From the NCBI GenBank assembly GCA_900617105.1, contig UYFQ01000683.1:1-64000 (forward strand): DNA of 64,000 bases. The letters are read 5' to 3'. The notes under the pieces were generated by a model. That model was not told the DNA's origin. It did not search any database and saw nothing but the letters and a program-made list of their open reading frames with translations. Positions 1 to 12,894 of the stretch are shown in pieces (positions within the stretch are counted from its first letter, which is position 1; the number at the start of each line of letters is the position of its first letter). Source of the stretch: Hydrurus foetidus. Lineage: Eukaryota. The position numbers were made by a program, and so were the translations under genes.

Positions 1-2499
1 GTAATCATTTACATTTTCAGGAAGTATTGCTGAAAGTAAGGTACGTGTTCGAGGTAAGTCGATACGCGGTAAAATTGCGACACTGACAGGTGGTGTTGAA
101 AACTCACTTCTTCGTCTGTCGTCGGAAGCTGGCTTTTTAACCATGCTATATGGTGGTGCACTGGTGCCTTGCCGAGGGTTTGACTTTTGTTGGGTGTTAC
201 CCATGTCAATGTCCTCTTCTTCCGTGGGGAATTCAAAGTTAGTCGGGATGTGGATTTGTTTTCTCTCACGAGATACTCCACCCGATGGAAGATGTGCATC
301 GATTACAAAATATTTGTGACCGAGCCGTTTCCATTCGATCCCCATGAGGGATTCGGACCACATTTTGTGCGAGTTGTTGCAATGCTCGTTCATGTGGAAT
401 CGGCAATTGTAACAGTTGTGTCCGCTGCGTCTACAGGTGTGGCACAGCTTGGTGTTGCGGTCAAGGCCGGGGTAACGTGGTACCTCTGGCTGATGCTTTG
501 CGATCGCCTTGTATGGTGGCGCGCGTGTGTCCTCTTCTGGATGGAATCCCACTGCGTGCGGGTTGGAGGAGTATGATGCATTAGACAACGAGCTTCGTTG
601 TCTATTTGCTTCCTCGGTAGTTGGGCTGTCTGGAGTGGTCCAGCGGTATCTGCTGTTCCCCAGCTCCGCTGCGTCGTTGACGCATTGACGTGCGGTGTTG
701 AGGTGGTCGCTGGGTCGCATGTACATGTCTTGGATGGTGTCCCTTTTGTCTTCTTTATGGACGTCTTTGTGGCCTCTAAGAATTTCATCCCGAGTGCGTT
801 TTCTGCTGGAAGCTTTTTGTAAAATGCTTTGCAGATTTCGTTCTCGCGCTCAGGTGTGAGGTCGGTTCGGTCTGGGTAGTACAGACTGATGATCTCCTCA
901 AACCGAGTGATCGATGCCTCTTCGACGTATGCGTCAGCAAAGTCGTAAGCAAACTTGTAAGCTCTGATCTTCTCATTACAATCGTAGGTCGTGTTGGACG
1001 TCCTTGTTGCTTGTGAGAAGCAGGCTGTCAAGTCCTTTGCGATTTGTCGGATCGATAGGGTGACTCCGCGGATGACTGGCCAAGTGGAACATTCTGGTTG
1101 GGTGTACCCAAGGACTGCCTTCATTCCATTTAGTCTGAACCTTATAGGTACCAGGGCATTCTCGGTAATGATCTGCTTCCAATGTGTTTTGAAATTGGGC
1201 AGGTTGGCTTGATCGTGGAATGCCTGGATGGTAGCGGGACCATCTGTCAAGAGTTTCTCGGCGTTGAGCATGAATACCTCATTCATATTTATGAGTGTAC
1301 GCTGTTGTTGGTAATTCTCGTCTGATAAGACTGAGGTATCACTCTGCTCATTGTCGATGTCTTCCTCCACCTTGCGTCTGCGTGCAGCCTCTGTTGTTTT
1401 TAATTTCAACGCGGCGCTTGTCGCCGCAGACGTCTTCGGTTTTGGCCTCTGAGTAGGGATGGTCTTTTTAGACACATCTTCCTTAGACTCTTTTGCTGAT
1501 GCAGGTTTTGACTGCTCTGCTTTTTTGTCTTTTGTGGAACGATGATCTTTTTTCTTGTGGAAATCTTTTTTGTTTGTCTTGGCGGAGACTTAGTCTTGCG
1601 CTTCTCAGGGGATGTGGACTCGACTGACTCGTCTGACGATCGATCGTCCTCATCCGACACTGACTCGGCAACTATAACGTTGTCGTCGTCGTTGTCGTTG
1701 ACTCCTCGTCGTTTTCGATGTCGCCCTCATCCTCTTCGTCCTCTCCCGACTCTAAGTCTACCTCCATCGAGGTTTGAACCCTGGTCGTTCGAGATGATTT
1801 TCTGACGGGGATGGGCTCACTCTCGATTGACTTAGCATCGTCGTGGATATCTTGTTCGTTTGCTTTCTTGTCTTTCTCGTTGCCTCCTCTTCTTCGTTTT
1901 GGTCTGCCTTTTGGGCTTCCCTCTACGTCGATGGTTTTGGCAAGTGAGGTGCTAGAGCACGGACGAGATCGAGCGCAGATCTCACGTTCTCGCCTCTTGT
2001 CATCGTCCGTTGCCGCTAGGACATATGCAATCATGGCCACTTCGTCTTCAGTCGTTGCGTCTGATGTCTTTTGAGCATCTTGTATACGCTTGCGTTCTGA
2101 AGACCGTTCGGAGTTGCGGGCGGCAATCTCGTCGGGAATGCGTGTGGCAGTGGCTGAGGCCTTTATGGCTTGTCTGGCCATGAGTGATTTGCTTCTAGCA
2201 ATGTTTTCTGCTCTCATCTTCTCCTCGGCCTTTCGTGCCTTGCGAATGCTAAGCATTGTTGCGCTTGGTAGGCCGAGGGAAGTAGTAATTGCTCCTGGGG
2301 AGGCTGATTTGTCAAGGATATCTTGAGCTTCCATTGTCTTCGTCTTCGCTACGATAATGGTCGGTAGTTTACTGAAGGGACCGCGACGGAACTCGGACGC
2401 GGTGGATTCAGAGAGAGGAAGGATAGGTTGAACTTTTGTGAAGACTGGTAGGTGTAGAGTGGAGTAGTAGGAAAAGGAGGATTGGAATGGTTTGGTCAA
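1..2499 (-). mobile_element. Degraded gag of an LTR retrotransposon (probably Ty3/Gypsy-type); pol would lie beyond the left window edge
   Basis: Consecutive minus-strand ORFs 2499-1672, 1660-1406 and 1475-390 are broken by frameshifts. Reading the alternative frame from ~750 downward gives LCHTCRRSGHNCYNCRFH (CX2CX4HX4C zinc knuckle, ~445-395) followed by HCNNSHKMWSESPHG. The N-terminal region is acidic/basic low-complexity. No LTR could be delimited. Confidence 0.6.
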
Positions 2500-2959
2500 T
2501 TTCGGGAGGAAATTGACGAGAATTTCGGGAGGAAATTTCTCGGCGAGGCCTGCGGAGCGAGCAATCCCACGAACGGAGCGTTGCTATTGGGTCTCTAAGT
2601 AGCGCTTTCGATGCTGAAAGCTACTACTGGCGTATCGGCTTTCGTGTGACGAAAGTTTTCGATGGGATTTCTTGATTTCGCGAGGAATCGCTGAGATCGA
2701 GCTTCGTTAAGACGAAGAGATAGAGGCTGTCGCTTTGCGAATCAACTCTCTATATAGTCTAATAGTCGTTTCTGTTACAGAAAGCTATTGACAATCTCTG
2801 TTCGCTTAGAAAATGAGTCGGCTAGCGGTTTGGGAAATCTTGAGTTGGTAATCGGCTTTCTTCTCGAAAGGCTAGCTGATTCCAAGTAAGCTTACTGTGG
2901 TCTCACTGAGGCCTTGGCAGGAACGGGGATCCGGACGGCGCAGGGCAAAGGTGAAGAGG

Positions 2960-4350
2960 CTATGGAACGATGCTAAATGGTAGCAATGTGAGTAGCTTAC
3001 AGATAAGCACAGCAGATATCATGCAACAAATCGTATGGGTCGGATCGTCCTCGATCCGAACCGTGCGTACGTTTGTACCCGAACACGGTATACCCAGTAT
3101 ACTCGGTGTACGGGTCACACCACTACTATCGATATAGTACTGTGAAGGGTTCGGATTAGTAGGAGAATTCCTAAAATCGGGACCTCCAAAGTCGTCGTGT
3201 TCCCAATTTGGGTTTAGTACGAAAGGTGTCATTTGACCATTTTGAAGAAGAGTGAGATAAAGTGAAGGCTCTTTAATATTTACAATGCCGTCGGAAATAG
3301 TTACAACGTCTTCCCGATATACAATTTGTAAATCAGAATGTTTCATTAGTATTTACAGATGCATTAACAGGTATAGTCTCTATGTTTTCACTTGTTATCG
3401 AAATACTCTCAAGTATTGTTGAGATTTTCGTTACCAGTAACTCGTCAAGTGCAGGTGCGATGTCAGGTACTGATGCAGTTGGGTCAAAGCTAACTACGGG
3501 TAGTGCAGTATTCTTACTGCTGTTTTTGTTGTTTTGAAGCTTAGCTTTATCCTTTGGCTGCCTGTTGGTGTAATCACATTTTGAGTTCTCTGAATTAGAT
3601 TCCCATGTGTGTTCTTGTCTTCCTCCGTCTACTTCCGTTAGTGTACATTTTCGGATTGTATCAGTAACGGGTTCAGGGTTGAAGTCGTCTGTAAGTCGAG
3701 GTCGCTGTGGTGTGAGATTTTGAATTCTAGATCTTTCAGAATTACAGCTTTTATCGGCGCTAGTGATAGATGATGATATTGAAGTGTCATCTTTTTCATC
3801 ATTATCTGATGCATTGGGAATTGTTTCAGGGGAACTGAATAGTAATTCCATATTTGATGGTGACTCAGTTATTCCCTTTTCCTGCATTTGCATTTGGTGT
3901 ATACGGTGGAACATTTCTGTCCGTCGGATATGTAGATATCTACTGTTGGATAAAGGTGCGTCGACGAAATTCGGAGGTTTAATATCATCTTTTACAACAG
4001 GGTCTTCATTAATTTCACGATCTTTTTTAGGAATAAATCGAGTTTATGTTTTTATATTTTGTATTAAACATTGGCCGATTTCTTGGTGCAGCGACATCTT
4101 TAGGAGAAAATTCTTCTAAGTTTTCATGTTTAAGTATTCTGTCTGCTTCCAATGTCATTGGAGTTGATGGTGACACTTTAATTTCGTCGATAAGAGGTCT
4201 ACCAATTTGAGCAATTAATTGGAAGTGTTCTTTTATTCCGTGGCACGTGAGTAACGGATCCACAATATCATCTATTTGGAGCGTATGTTCGTGCCGTAGT
4301 ACGGTTATTTTGATAGGGTCATTGTCTCTATAGAACTCTAGGTATTGTGC
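2960..4350 (-). pseudogene. Fragmented ORF series of unknown function, probably TE-derived
   Basis: Co-oriented ORF pieces 4263-4027, 3914-3333 and 3346-2960 abut or overlap in shifted frames and lie among TE remnants. No recognisable motif. Confidence 0.3.
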
Positions 4351-4509
4351 AGGGTCACATTCCGATCAGGGGTATCATACTTTGGGTGGGGGCCCGCAAT
4401 AGTTTATTTCTCCACCAATAATAACCAGATTGACTTGAAAATTTGATAGCATCTTTAACTACTATAGAATAATACGATTCCAAAAGCATTTTAAAAAAAA
4501 AATTTTGGA

Positions 4510-5243
4510 TGTTGAACAAAAAAACAAAAAAAGTTTAGTATGTAAAAGCGAAGTCGAAAAATCAAAAAGGTCGCAAAATGCATCACCGTCTTCTTGAAAG
4601 TCATTTGCCATGATAAGATAAGTATTCCTCAAGAGTTCTCGCGATCTGACGAAGCATCTCATGACTTTAAACTAGATTCTGATCTTATCACGCATGTACT
4701 TACGTGCATGTCATGACTGTGGTTTAAAATGCTCTCTCAAATGCTTTGATGGTCAATTTATTGAGCCCTCTTGCTTTGATAATTCAGCGTTATAATCCAC
4801 TCTACATCAGCTGTCTGTACGATTTCTGCGGTACTATCAATTCACTGTCTCTCAAGATAAATCCCGACAACCTGGTGTTGAACAAAAAAACAAAAAAAGT
4901 TTAGTATGTAAAAGCGAAGTCGAAAAATCAAAAAGGTCGCAAAATGCATCACCGTCTTCTTGAAAGTCATTTGCCATGATAAGATAAGTATTCCTCAAGA
5001 GTTCTCGCGATCTGACGAAGCATCTCATGACTTTAAACTAGATTCTGATCTTATCACGCATGTACTTACGTGCATGTCATGACTGTGGTTTAAAATGCTC
5101 TCTCAAATGCTTTGATGGTCAATTTATTGAGCCCTCTTGCTTTGATAATTCAGCGTTATAATCCACTCTACATCAGCTGTCTGTACGATTTCTGCGGTAC
5201 TATCAATTCACTGTCTCTCAAGATAAATCCCGACAACCTGGTG
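4510..5243. repeat. Perfect tandem duplication, 366-bp period (2 copies)
   Basis: TGTTGAACAAAAAAACAAAAAAAGTTTAG starts at 4510 and at 4876. Both copies end ...ATCCCGACAACCTGGTG (4877 and 5243). No differences seen by eye. Confidence 0.95.
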
Positions 5244-6416
5244 ACCAATTTATGATACTTAGATTTACAAATTAAATAATATTCAGCTGATTCAGGTGCT
5301 TCTATCAATGCTAGTTGTGAATAATATGTTAGAAAGAAGGAAAGTTGGTTCAAAAATGGGTCACGTCAGTGTTGCGGCTGCTGTGCCGTTCTTATCACCA
5401 CGGCATCTCTCTTGAGAAGAGCCACTCGGTCATCGAAGCACTCCCACGGACGTCCCGCACGCCCTCTCCATAATCAGCGAAAACATAGCAACCCGGCTGG
5501 CGAAGTCGCATAAAGTTTGGTTCTGGTTTGGTCTTGCAGTGGTTCATTAGAAGAGGACGAATGTTAGCGTAGAAAGAGATATTGACAATTTTGAACCTAC
5601 AGCGTTATCGCTCACCACTGTGGGCTTGAAACGCTGTGGCCAGCAAACCGTTTACCCTCGATGCATCACGAAAGTCATTTATCGGTTTCATTCACGAGAC
5701 TGGCGAGAAAATCATCCTCGGAGGCGTATTTTTTTCCGCCTGATCCCATTTTCATTCTCCTCTAAATCCTTTTCTGAAAAGTGGTTGAAGATGGGTTAGG
5801 AATGAGAGATTTACTTGTCCTGGCGAAATTGATTCCATAATTCTATGCAATCAGCTACCCTTTCGATGACAAATTGGACAACTCCGAAAATTTGGAGCAC
5901 AAGCTCTCCATAGACGTGCCAGGAATAAAAAATTCATCAGCAAGGTCGTCCATGATGTGGACTTGAAGTTCGTCAACTTCAGGAAGCGACAACTTCACAT
6001 CGAGGTTCGCTAAATTGATCGGCGACGACATGCTTCTTGAGAGTTATTGACGTGAGAGCTGCCGAAGTTGAGAAACTGTACTCAGTAATTCGTTTTTTGA
6101 AAATTACGATTCTAAAAAGAAAACAGTGAAAATATTTATTGTCTGATTTTTGATGCCTCTGATCTGAATGCAGTGAATGCCATGAAGTCGTATATGACCG
6201 AGTGTAGTACTGTATCAGCATATAACGTATTGTGTAGTACTGAGTTGTATGATGTGACACTATCTATCATATTTAGTACACTAACATATTCTCAAGATTA
6301 CGCATTTGTGACCAGTATTCACCAGGCTCATGTGCCGGTAACGGTACTTCAAACTTTCCATTCTTGAGATATGGATTGTATGTGTTATACTTTAGTGTAT
6401 CCGATTCTACTTTCTT

Positions 6417-9223
6417 TCATGGCATTACTATGCATGCTTGAAGCATTGATGCACCCATACTGTACAATAGTCTCATCCATTGTGAGTATGGTAATGTAAT
6501 ATCTGCTCGTCTATCGTCATGTTTGTTGACGTGCCAGCCAAGTAAAGATGTATAGTAGTTTGGTATTTCTTTACCATCTTTAATTGTTGTGGTTATTTTA
6601 TGTATAAATGATCCAGGTAAGATAGATGATGTTTGATCATATCTACCATATTCAGGTACACGTACAATATATTGATAGTTTCCTGCATGTAGAAACGCTG
6701 CAGTGACACCCCGTAGTGGGATGTTTGGTATTATAAAATTATTTGCAATATTATTTATTAGAAATCTATGGTGCACTTTGAGGGTGTCTTCATGTAGGCC
6801 TAAGTGATCATACATAATTCTTCTTTCTGCGATGTCCTTATTTTGCCTAGAGAATCCTTTGTGAATCGTCACCGATTCGTACCTGCATCAGCACGTGTCT
6901 ACATTCCTGTGCAGTCTCAAATGGTGCTTCGGATACATTTGCCCAGTTGGAAAATCCCCCTGGGGACTCCCTATTATGACTAGTATTACGTTGGAGTGAC
7001 ATTAACTTCGTAATAGCTCTTTTTGATTATGTGAATACTGCCCTACATTTGCACCTTGACCTGCCTTAGGTCCGATTTGATCTAGTATATTTCTAGGTAG
7101 GTCTATGTTAAAAGGTTGTTTGGGATTTTGAGGTTGAGCTTGTTTTACATGAGGTGTATTATCCTTTCGTGCCTTATTATTATCATATCCCTTATCACCC
7201 TTAGGTTGCATAATATGGGGCCATTTGCAGGTTGGGTTTTTGCATTGACCACGTTGGTATGCATAGCAGTATTGTGCCACTTGTTCTTGTGGTGGTGATC
7301 CCGCAGCTTTATTTTTAGCTATGTATTTTGGGATGGGATCCACGGTCTTATTCGTATTTGATGTCGAATTTGTACCATAGAAACCAGCTAACTGAGCATT
7401 ATCCCATGATGGATCTGGGGATGGATGTGTGGTCCTTACCGCTGCTAATTGTACTGTTGCGAGGTGAGGTGGTAATGCATCTGAGATCCAGAGCATGTTT
7501 GCCATGGTCATATCGTATCCAAGTCTATTGTTCATTGAGGCTGCGAACGACGATACGATGAGCGGTCTACCATCATCTGAGAAGTGTTTAGCCAAAAATG
7601 CAAGTTTGATTTCGCTAGAAATCTTTTTGTTATTTGCATATGAAAGATTATTAAATAGTGTCTCCAAACTAATAAATTCACTACGCAGTGTCTTAGATTG
7701 ATCAACCTTGAATGATGTGATGTTCGGCAATTTGTATATCTTGCTGGCGTTGACCAAATACATGACTTATTATTTGATGAAAGGCTATAACACCATCTCG
7801 TTCTTGATGTGCCTCGTCAGTGACATGGTGACGACAATCTTTTTGAAAATGCTGTCTAACAGTGAGTACAGTCGGTCAACATCATATGTATAGTAATATA
7901 TGTCATCTTCTTCGAGTACTAGTATAGATATTGTGAAGGAGAAATCGACTCCTGCTACTACTGGTGGCTGATATGGAATTACTTTTTGTTTCCTATACCC
8001 GTGTTTATTCTTATCTTGTTTTAGAATTGGGCGAGTACGGTGTCCTTGGACGAGTGTAAGGAGTCCGAGGGTATTTAGCAGGGAGTGGACTTGTCGTAAT
8101 CGGTAGAACTTGTCGGAGGAGTTAGGATGGATTTGAGAGTTGTTGAACATTTGAATTACTGCGGCAGACGTATCCAACCACTTTGATCTCTTGACTCTTC
8201 TATTATGCTTATCTTTTTTCTTTTTATATTCATTGTCAGAAGAAGAGGAACTGTAATCCTTACATGAACTTTTGTTATTGTAGTGTGAGGTTTCGGAGCT
8301 TGATAACGATGAGTCATTTGATGAATCCGCAGATTTCTTTTTCTTCTTAGGGATGCGACGTGCATTGCCCTTGCTCTTTGTGGAATCCTCCGAGGATGGA
8401 TCGTCTGACGAATCAGAAGGATCTCCTTTTTTACGACAGTTTTTCCGTGAGGAACTCTTACTTTTATTATTGGAATTGCTATCTACCTTCCCATCATTGT
8501 CGTTGTTACTTGTGCTCCCCGGCACAAGGTCAGCTTCATTCCTAGGGCTATCTACATCATCGTTATTAGATGTTGTATTGGAGGACTTTTTGGAAGATTG
8601 TCGAGACGATTTGTCTGACTTCTTCTTTAACATGCGACGTGTGTCGTGTAATTCCATTTTACGTAATTTTAATAGCTCATTCCCGCGTCTATCCAATTTA
8701 GAGGCTCTTTCATTGTCCTCTTCATCGGAAGAGCTATCGTCATCATTTTGTCGACGTGTAGAAACTTTTTTGCGAGGGTTTCCCCTGTAACCTTGATTGG
8801 TTAAATTTTTCTCCCCATTTTCTATGCTGTCTAATGATGTTAGGTCGCCGATAAGTCTATTACTAGTCCGATCTAAGGGGTTACGAGATGAGGACTGATC
8901 GCTATAAGGCTGATCCGTCCTTACTGCGATGTCACCTATCGCATAAACGGGAGGGACCTTCGCAGCATCATCCCTGCTGCCCATCAATCGAACTAGCGCC
9001 CTATCTAATGCTGCAAGAAATGCAGGCGAATTTTCATTCACTTCGATTGAAGCAATGATTTTGGCGGCAATGGGCTCTGGGACGATGGGCTCCAGTAATA
9101 GTGGCGGGCTCTCCTCAGTATCCTCATTGTCGCTGTTGGTCTGTGACCGAGTCGTCATCGACATGATGTCGATGGAATATAATGATGTGGCTGGTCTTCA
9201 AAATCCTTGGCCAATCGCTACCA
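6417..9223 (-). mobile_element. Degraded LTR-retrotransposon internal region: gag-like ORF with CCCH zinc finger and putative PBS
   Basis: ORFs 9164-7785 and 7763-7002 are contiguous across a frameshift. LRQVHSLLNTLGLLTLVQG resembles Copia gag N-terminal helices. CYAYQRGQCKNPTCKWPH is a C-x7-C-x4-C-x3-H finger. A PBS-like CA|TGGTAGCGA at 9223 lies 59 nt upstream of the ATG. A further ORF 6872-6417 has unknown function, and no pol domains were seen. Confidence 0.5.
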
Positions 9224-10222
9224 TGACCCTTTTCTAGTGCAGTGTGAAGTCAGATGAGCACTGTTGACTCCAACAATCGCACCATCAGCATCTTCAGCTG
9301 TTGCTGCTGCCACACTTCTCAACCATAAGTTAATGTTCTCATCCAGCTTAGTCCCGAGAATAATGCAGTCGCGCGGACGGTAAATTTCTCTTGATAGTAA
9401 AACAACTCCCAGCATAAGAAAAGGGCATCTTTCTGGACATGTCGGGTTTGAGAATGGGGCTTTCTCTGTGGGCATCTCACCACACCGATCCCCCTTGTGA
9501 TGAGGGATCACCACTATGATGTGATCACCATTCATCCGTAAATGCTCATACTTAACGTCACCTGTTCTCCCTGATGTAAAACCAAACGTATCAGCGATTT
9601 GACATAAGTACAGTAAGAATTAAAACACTTTCAGCCCAGTGATACCTGATCTTGCCATTAGATTCCATCCCAGCACCAAAAAGCCGTGAGCGTAGAAAGT
9701 GCTCGACTTTGCGGCATGCGTAGCTAACATTTTGTATTCGTTGAAAGTAATCTTGTCTGATCCAGCAGTAGGTGTAACTCCTACTGAGATATTTTCAGCA
9801 ACTTTGTTCCGGTACCCCTTCGAGAATTGAGTCCACTCTTTCTCGAAAGTTTTTGGTAATACAACTTTTGAACGACCAAAAAGATTCACAAACATTGGAT
9901 GGTGGCCTTCTGGAGTAGAGTAACTTTTCAACGTTCCCGTCGACACAGTAAGTGACTGAACTGAAATAAACTTGCACATCATTACTGCAGTAACTCTTTC
10001 TAATGAAGGCATAACGTCATCACTAGTCCAACAAGAAGGGTTCTCAATTTTGAGCCAACGAAAGAATTGCTTTTCTCTTCTAGCGTAATTATCAATGGTA
10101 GCTTGCGATCTACTTGCAGCTTGAATGTTCTCAAAAAAATCGTCCATTTTGGAGATGATTGGGAGATACTGTATGAAGATGGTCATGGCTGACAGATGGC
10201 ACACGTTCATGTGATGTCCCAA
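9224..10222 (-). mobile_element. Crypton-type tyrosine recombinase gene, 3'-truncated, with one intron (9571-9645)
   Basis: Splicing GT(9645)..AG(9571) joins ORF 10222-9620 in frame to ORF 9535-9218, giving FLVLGWNLMARSGRTGDVKYEHLRMNGDHIIVVIPHHKGDRCGE...FSNPTCPERCPFLMLG...SHCTRKG. This contains the catalytic R, K and HxxR of tyrosine recombinases in the style of stramenopile Cryptons. The C-terminal W/H and Y motifs are missing. Confidence 0.75.
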
Positions 10223-10645
10223 TGACTATTCGAAGGAAATTGAGTCTTGTGTTATGAACAATGCGGAATGTGCTTGATCAACTATTGGGAATGTGCTTGC
10301 TACACACAATACAGATTATATTCCGATTATTCGTGTTCCTACTAGTTGAATACCGTCGAGTGCCTATTCTTTGGGGATTCCGGCTGAGAATAGGGGTCTA
10401 GGGTACCACCAGGTGACTCTAAAGCGGCGCACTATACCAGGACACTGAAAGGATCATAACTTTCTTCGTTGATCATCGTTTCCTAGATTTTTGATATCTC
10501 TATTGTGAGAAATAAATTGCTGTTCTAACCAAATCAAAAAAATTGGTTTTCTTGCAAAATTGAGTAAGAATTTCAGCTTAACCTGAGGTGAGTACAATTC
10601 AACACCTCCCACGAAGAATGATAAAACTCTGTAACTACTGATGTC

Positions 10646-11691
10646 ATTGACAAGTTTGATCGTGAAACGCTTGATAAAAAGTATAAACCGAACGCATATA
10701 TCCTCACCGGGTTCCCCACTTATCTTGATTGTTGCAGAAGCCGAAAAGCGATTCCGCACATTAAAATGAAGGATTTGACTTTGGCACTGGAACTGTGTGC
10801 GTTTGCGCTAGCTACAGTCTTGGTTAGACACGTTTCTACTGAGAAGAACTTAACAGAGTACTTCGACTCAGAGGAATTAGCTCTTGAGGTCAAAAACTTG
10901 GAGAATGACGATAGTGAACAGTACCTTGTAGACCCAAGGGCACTGCATCAAGGAATTCGTGCTTTTAAAAGAGCACTGACAGTGTCAAATTATGACTTTT
11001 TAGTCCTGGCACAACGGGAGAATTCGGTTTACATACTGCAGTCATTTCATGACCTAAGTGCAGTGAAAACGGGCTGGTCGCTGAAGTTTCCTGGAGTCAG
11101 TGATGACATGACCGGTATATCGAGTGATTCACTATCCTTTCGAATATTTTCTTGGAGAGACAATTTGCTAAAATTAAGTCATTACAAGAAATCAGTATTT
11201 AAAGATATTCATCTAGTCTATCATGAACTTAACAAACAACAACAATGGAACTTAACAAACAACAAACAAGCCGGAGTCCATGAGGGGAGCAAGAATGCTG
11301 CAGTATTCCCGTCCAATATTCCCGAAATGATCACCTGGCTGAAAGCCAACGACTCCATCAAGAGCTGAGCCCATAGGCAAATGCATCGCAATGCAGTTAG
11401 CATCTAATATATGGGGAAATAATGATATCAGTATTACCCTTACGTTAATGAAGAGGATGCTGTATCATGTATTCACCGTGAACGTTGGTCGGATTTCTAC
11501 GGAGAACACCCTCCGTGCCAACAGGAATCTTGAAGTCCTTATCAAAGGCGAATCCACCTTTACAAGATGCTCGGAATTCGAGTGCATCCTTCATATCACC
11601 TGCAGACGGTGAAAAAATCGAGGCAAGTGAGTTTCGAGAGTTTTGGAGACAGTGGGGAACCCGATGGGATCAGTTTCAGGCACTTGAATAG
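10646..11691 (+). pseudogene. Unknown, partly disrupted coding region divergent from the recombinase gene
   Basis: The 200-aa ORF 10766-11368 is open in frame further upstream. It is followed by shifted ORF pieces 11391-11612 and 11485-11691 ending in a Cys/His cluster (RCSEFECILHITC). Confidence 0.3.
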
Positions 11692-12072
11692 CAATAGACT
11701 AGACTGAAAGTGAGGTTCGTCCTGTGCAGACATGACAGCAGCTAGCACGAAAGTTGAAATCGAAAACACAAGATCGTATGGTTTAATTTCAAAATGGCAA
11801 ATACATATCATAAAACTTCCTTAAGGACCTATGACCAGTGACTCAGTGCGGTCACGTAGAACTCACCAGATCGGATTTTGGTATGGTGCTGATTGTGCTT
11901 TGATGTTGGGAGTTGGAATGAGTTTGTAAATGATAGAGGATTTGCAGTGGTCTACAGTCATGAACTACCGTAACGCCTATTCTCGAAAATCCGGATTTCA
12001 CCACCCACGGAAAAACGAAAGAATAGGCACTCGACGGTATATTTTCAACTTTTACTGGATTGGGATTAGGCG

Positions 12073-12431
12073 TGTTGGAATGAATGGGCTCACAAGGGCA
12101 TACGTATGTGCCTGTACGGCTATTACAAGCTCCCCACTGCTCTCTCCGAGGGCTCTTTACTCGTCGCAACTCGTTTGCAAGAGAAGAGTTGGTATCGGGT
12201 ACGAGATTGGGTTAATTAGCACTGCAACGGTGCAGTGATTGCAAGTTGTCAAAGTTGTATTGGTACTAGTCGTAGTGTCTCTAGTCTACGTGTGTATGTC
12301 GTATGTCAGGCGTTTCAAACAGCATGCACGTACGACCGAGGGTTAATTCAATACGGATAATAGCTTCACAATTTGTATTTTGTACATCAGTGTATATTCA
12401 GTATACGGTTATTTTATATGATATTACGACA
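12073..12431 (-). repeat. 3' LTR of Copia element
   Basis: Direct repeat of 17976-18334 with 4 substitutions counted by eye. Termini TGTTGG...ACGACA on the + strand. Confidence 0.97.
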
Positions 12432-12441
12432 CACCCCTATG
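12432..12441 (-). other. Polypurine tract (plus-strand primer) of Copia element
   Basis: The minus strand reads ...ATAGGGGTG immediately before the TG of the 3' LTR. Confidence 0.7.
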
Positions 12442-12894
12442 ATGTGTTGTGCGTATTTAATATCGAGGTTAATATGAGTAGTTATATTTCTTAATAGATT
12501 TGACAATTAAAATTTAATTCGAACATGTTCATGCAATTCAAGGTGTTCTTATGTCTTAACTTATGATCACCGGAATATCACGTCGGCGTCGTGTACTTGT
12601 CGATCTCTGATCAAAATAATTGCACATGGGTTGGTAGAATGTAGTAGAAATAGAATGAGTTGATGTTTGGAGTCTTGATCTCTGGTCTTCAGTGTTCGCG
12701 TCTTAAGTGTTCAGGTCTTGAGTGTTCGAGTCTTGGAGGATGATGTTGTAGGGTAGAAGATTTCAGACGGAAAAATAGGATCGGATTCAAACATAACATA
12801 AATATCATACAATGCATAGGATTGATTTTTGGCCGAAGTAGTAGGGAAGATTTCGGAAAAGCGTAGGTAGAAGAAAAATAATGGAGTGGAATAC

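Noticed and set aside
11852..12494. ORFs overlapping the left LTR
   Set aside because: They cross the insertion junction or lie in LTR sequence. Joining the flanks at the TSD did not restore an obvious reading frame.
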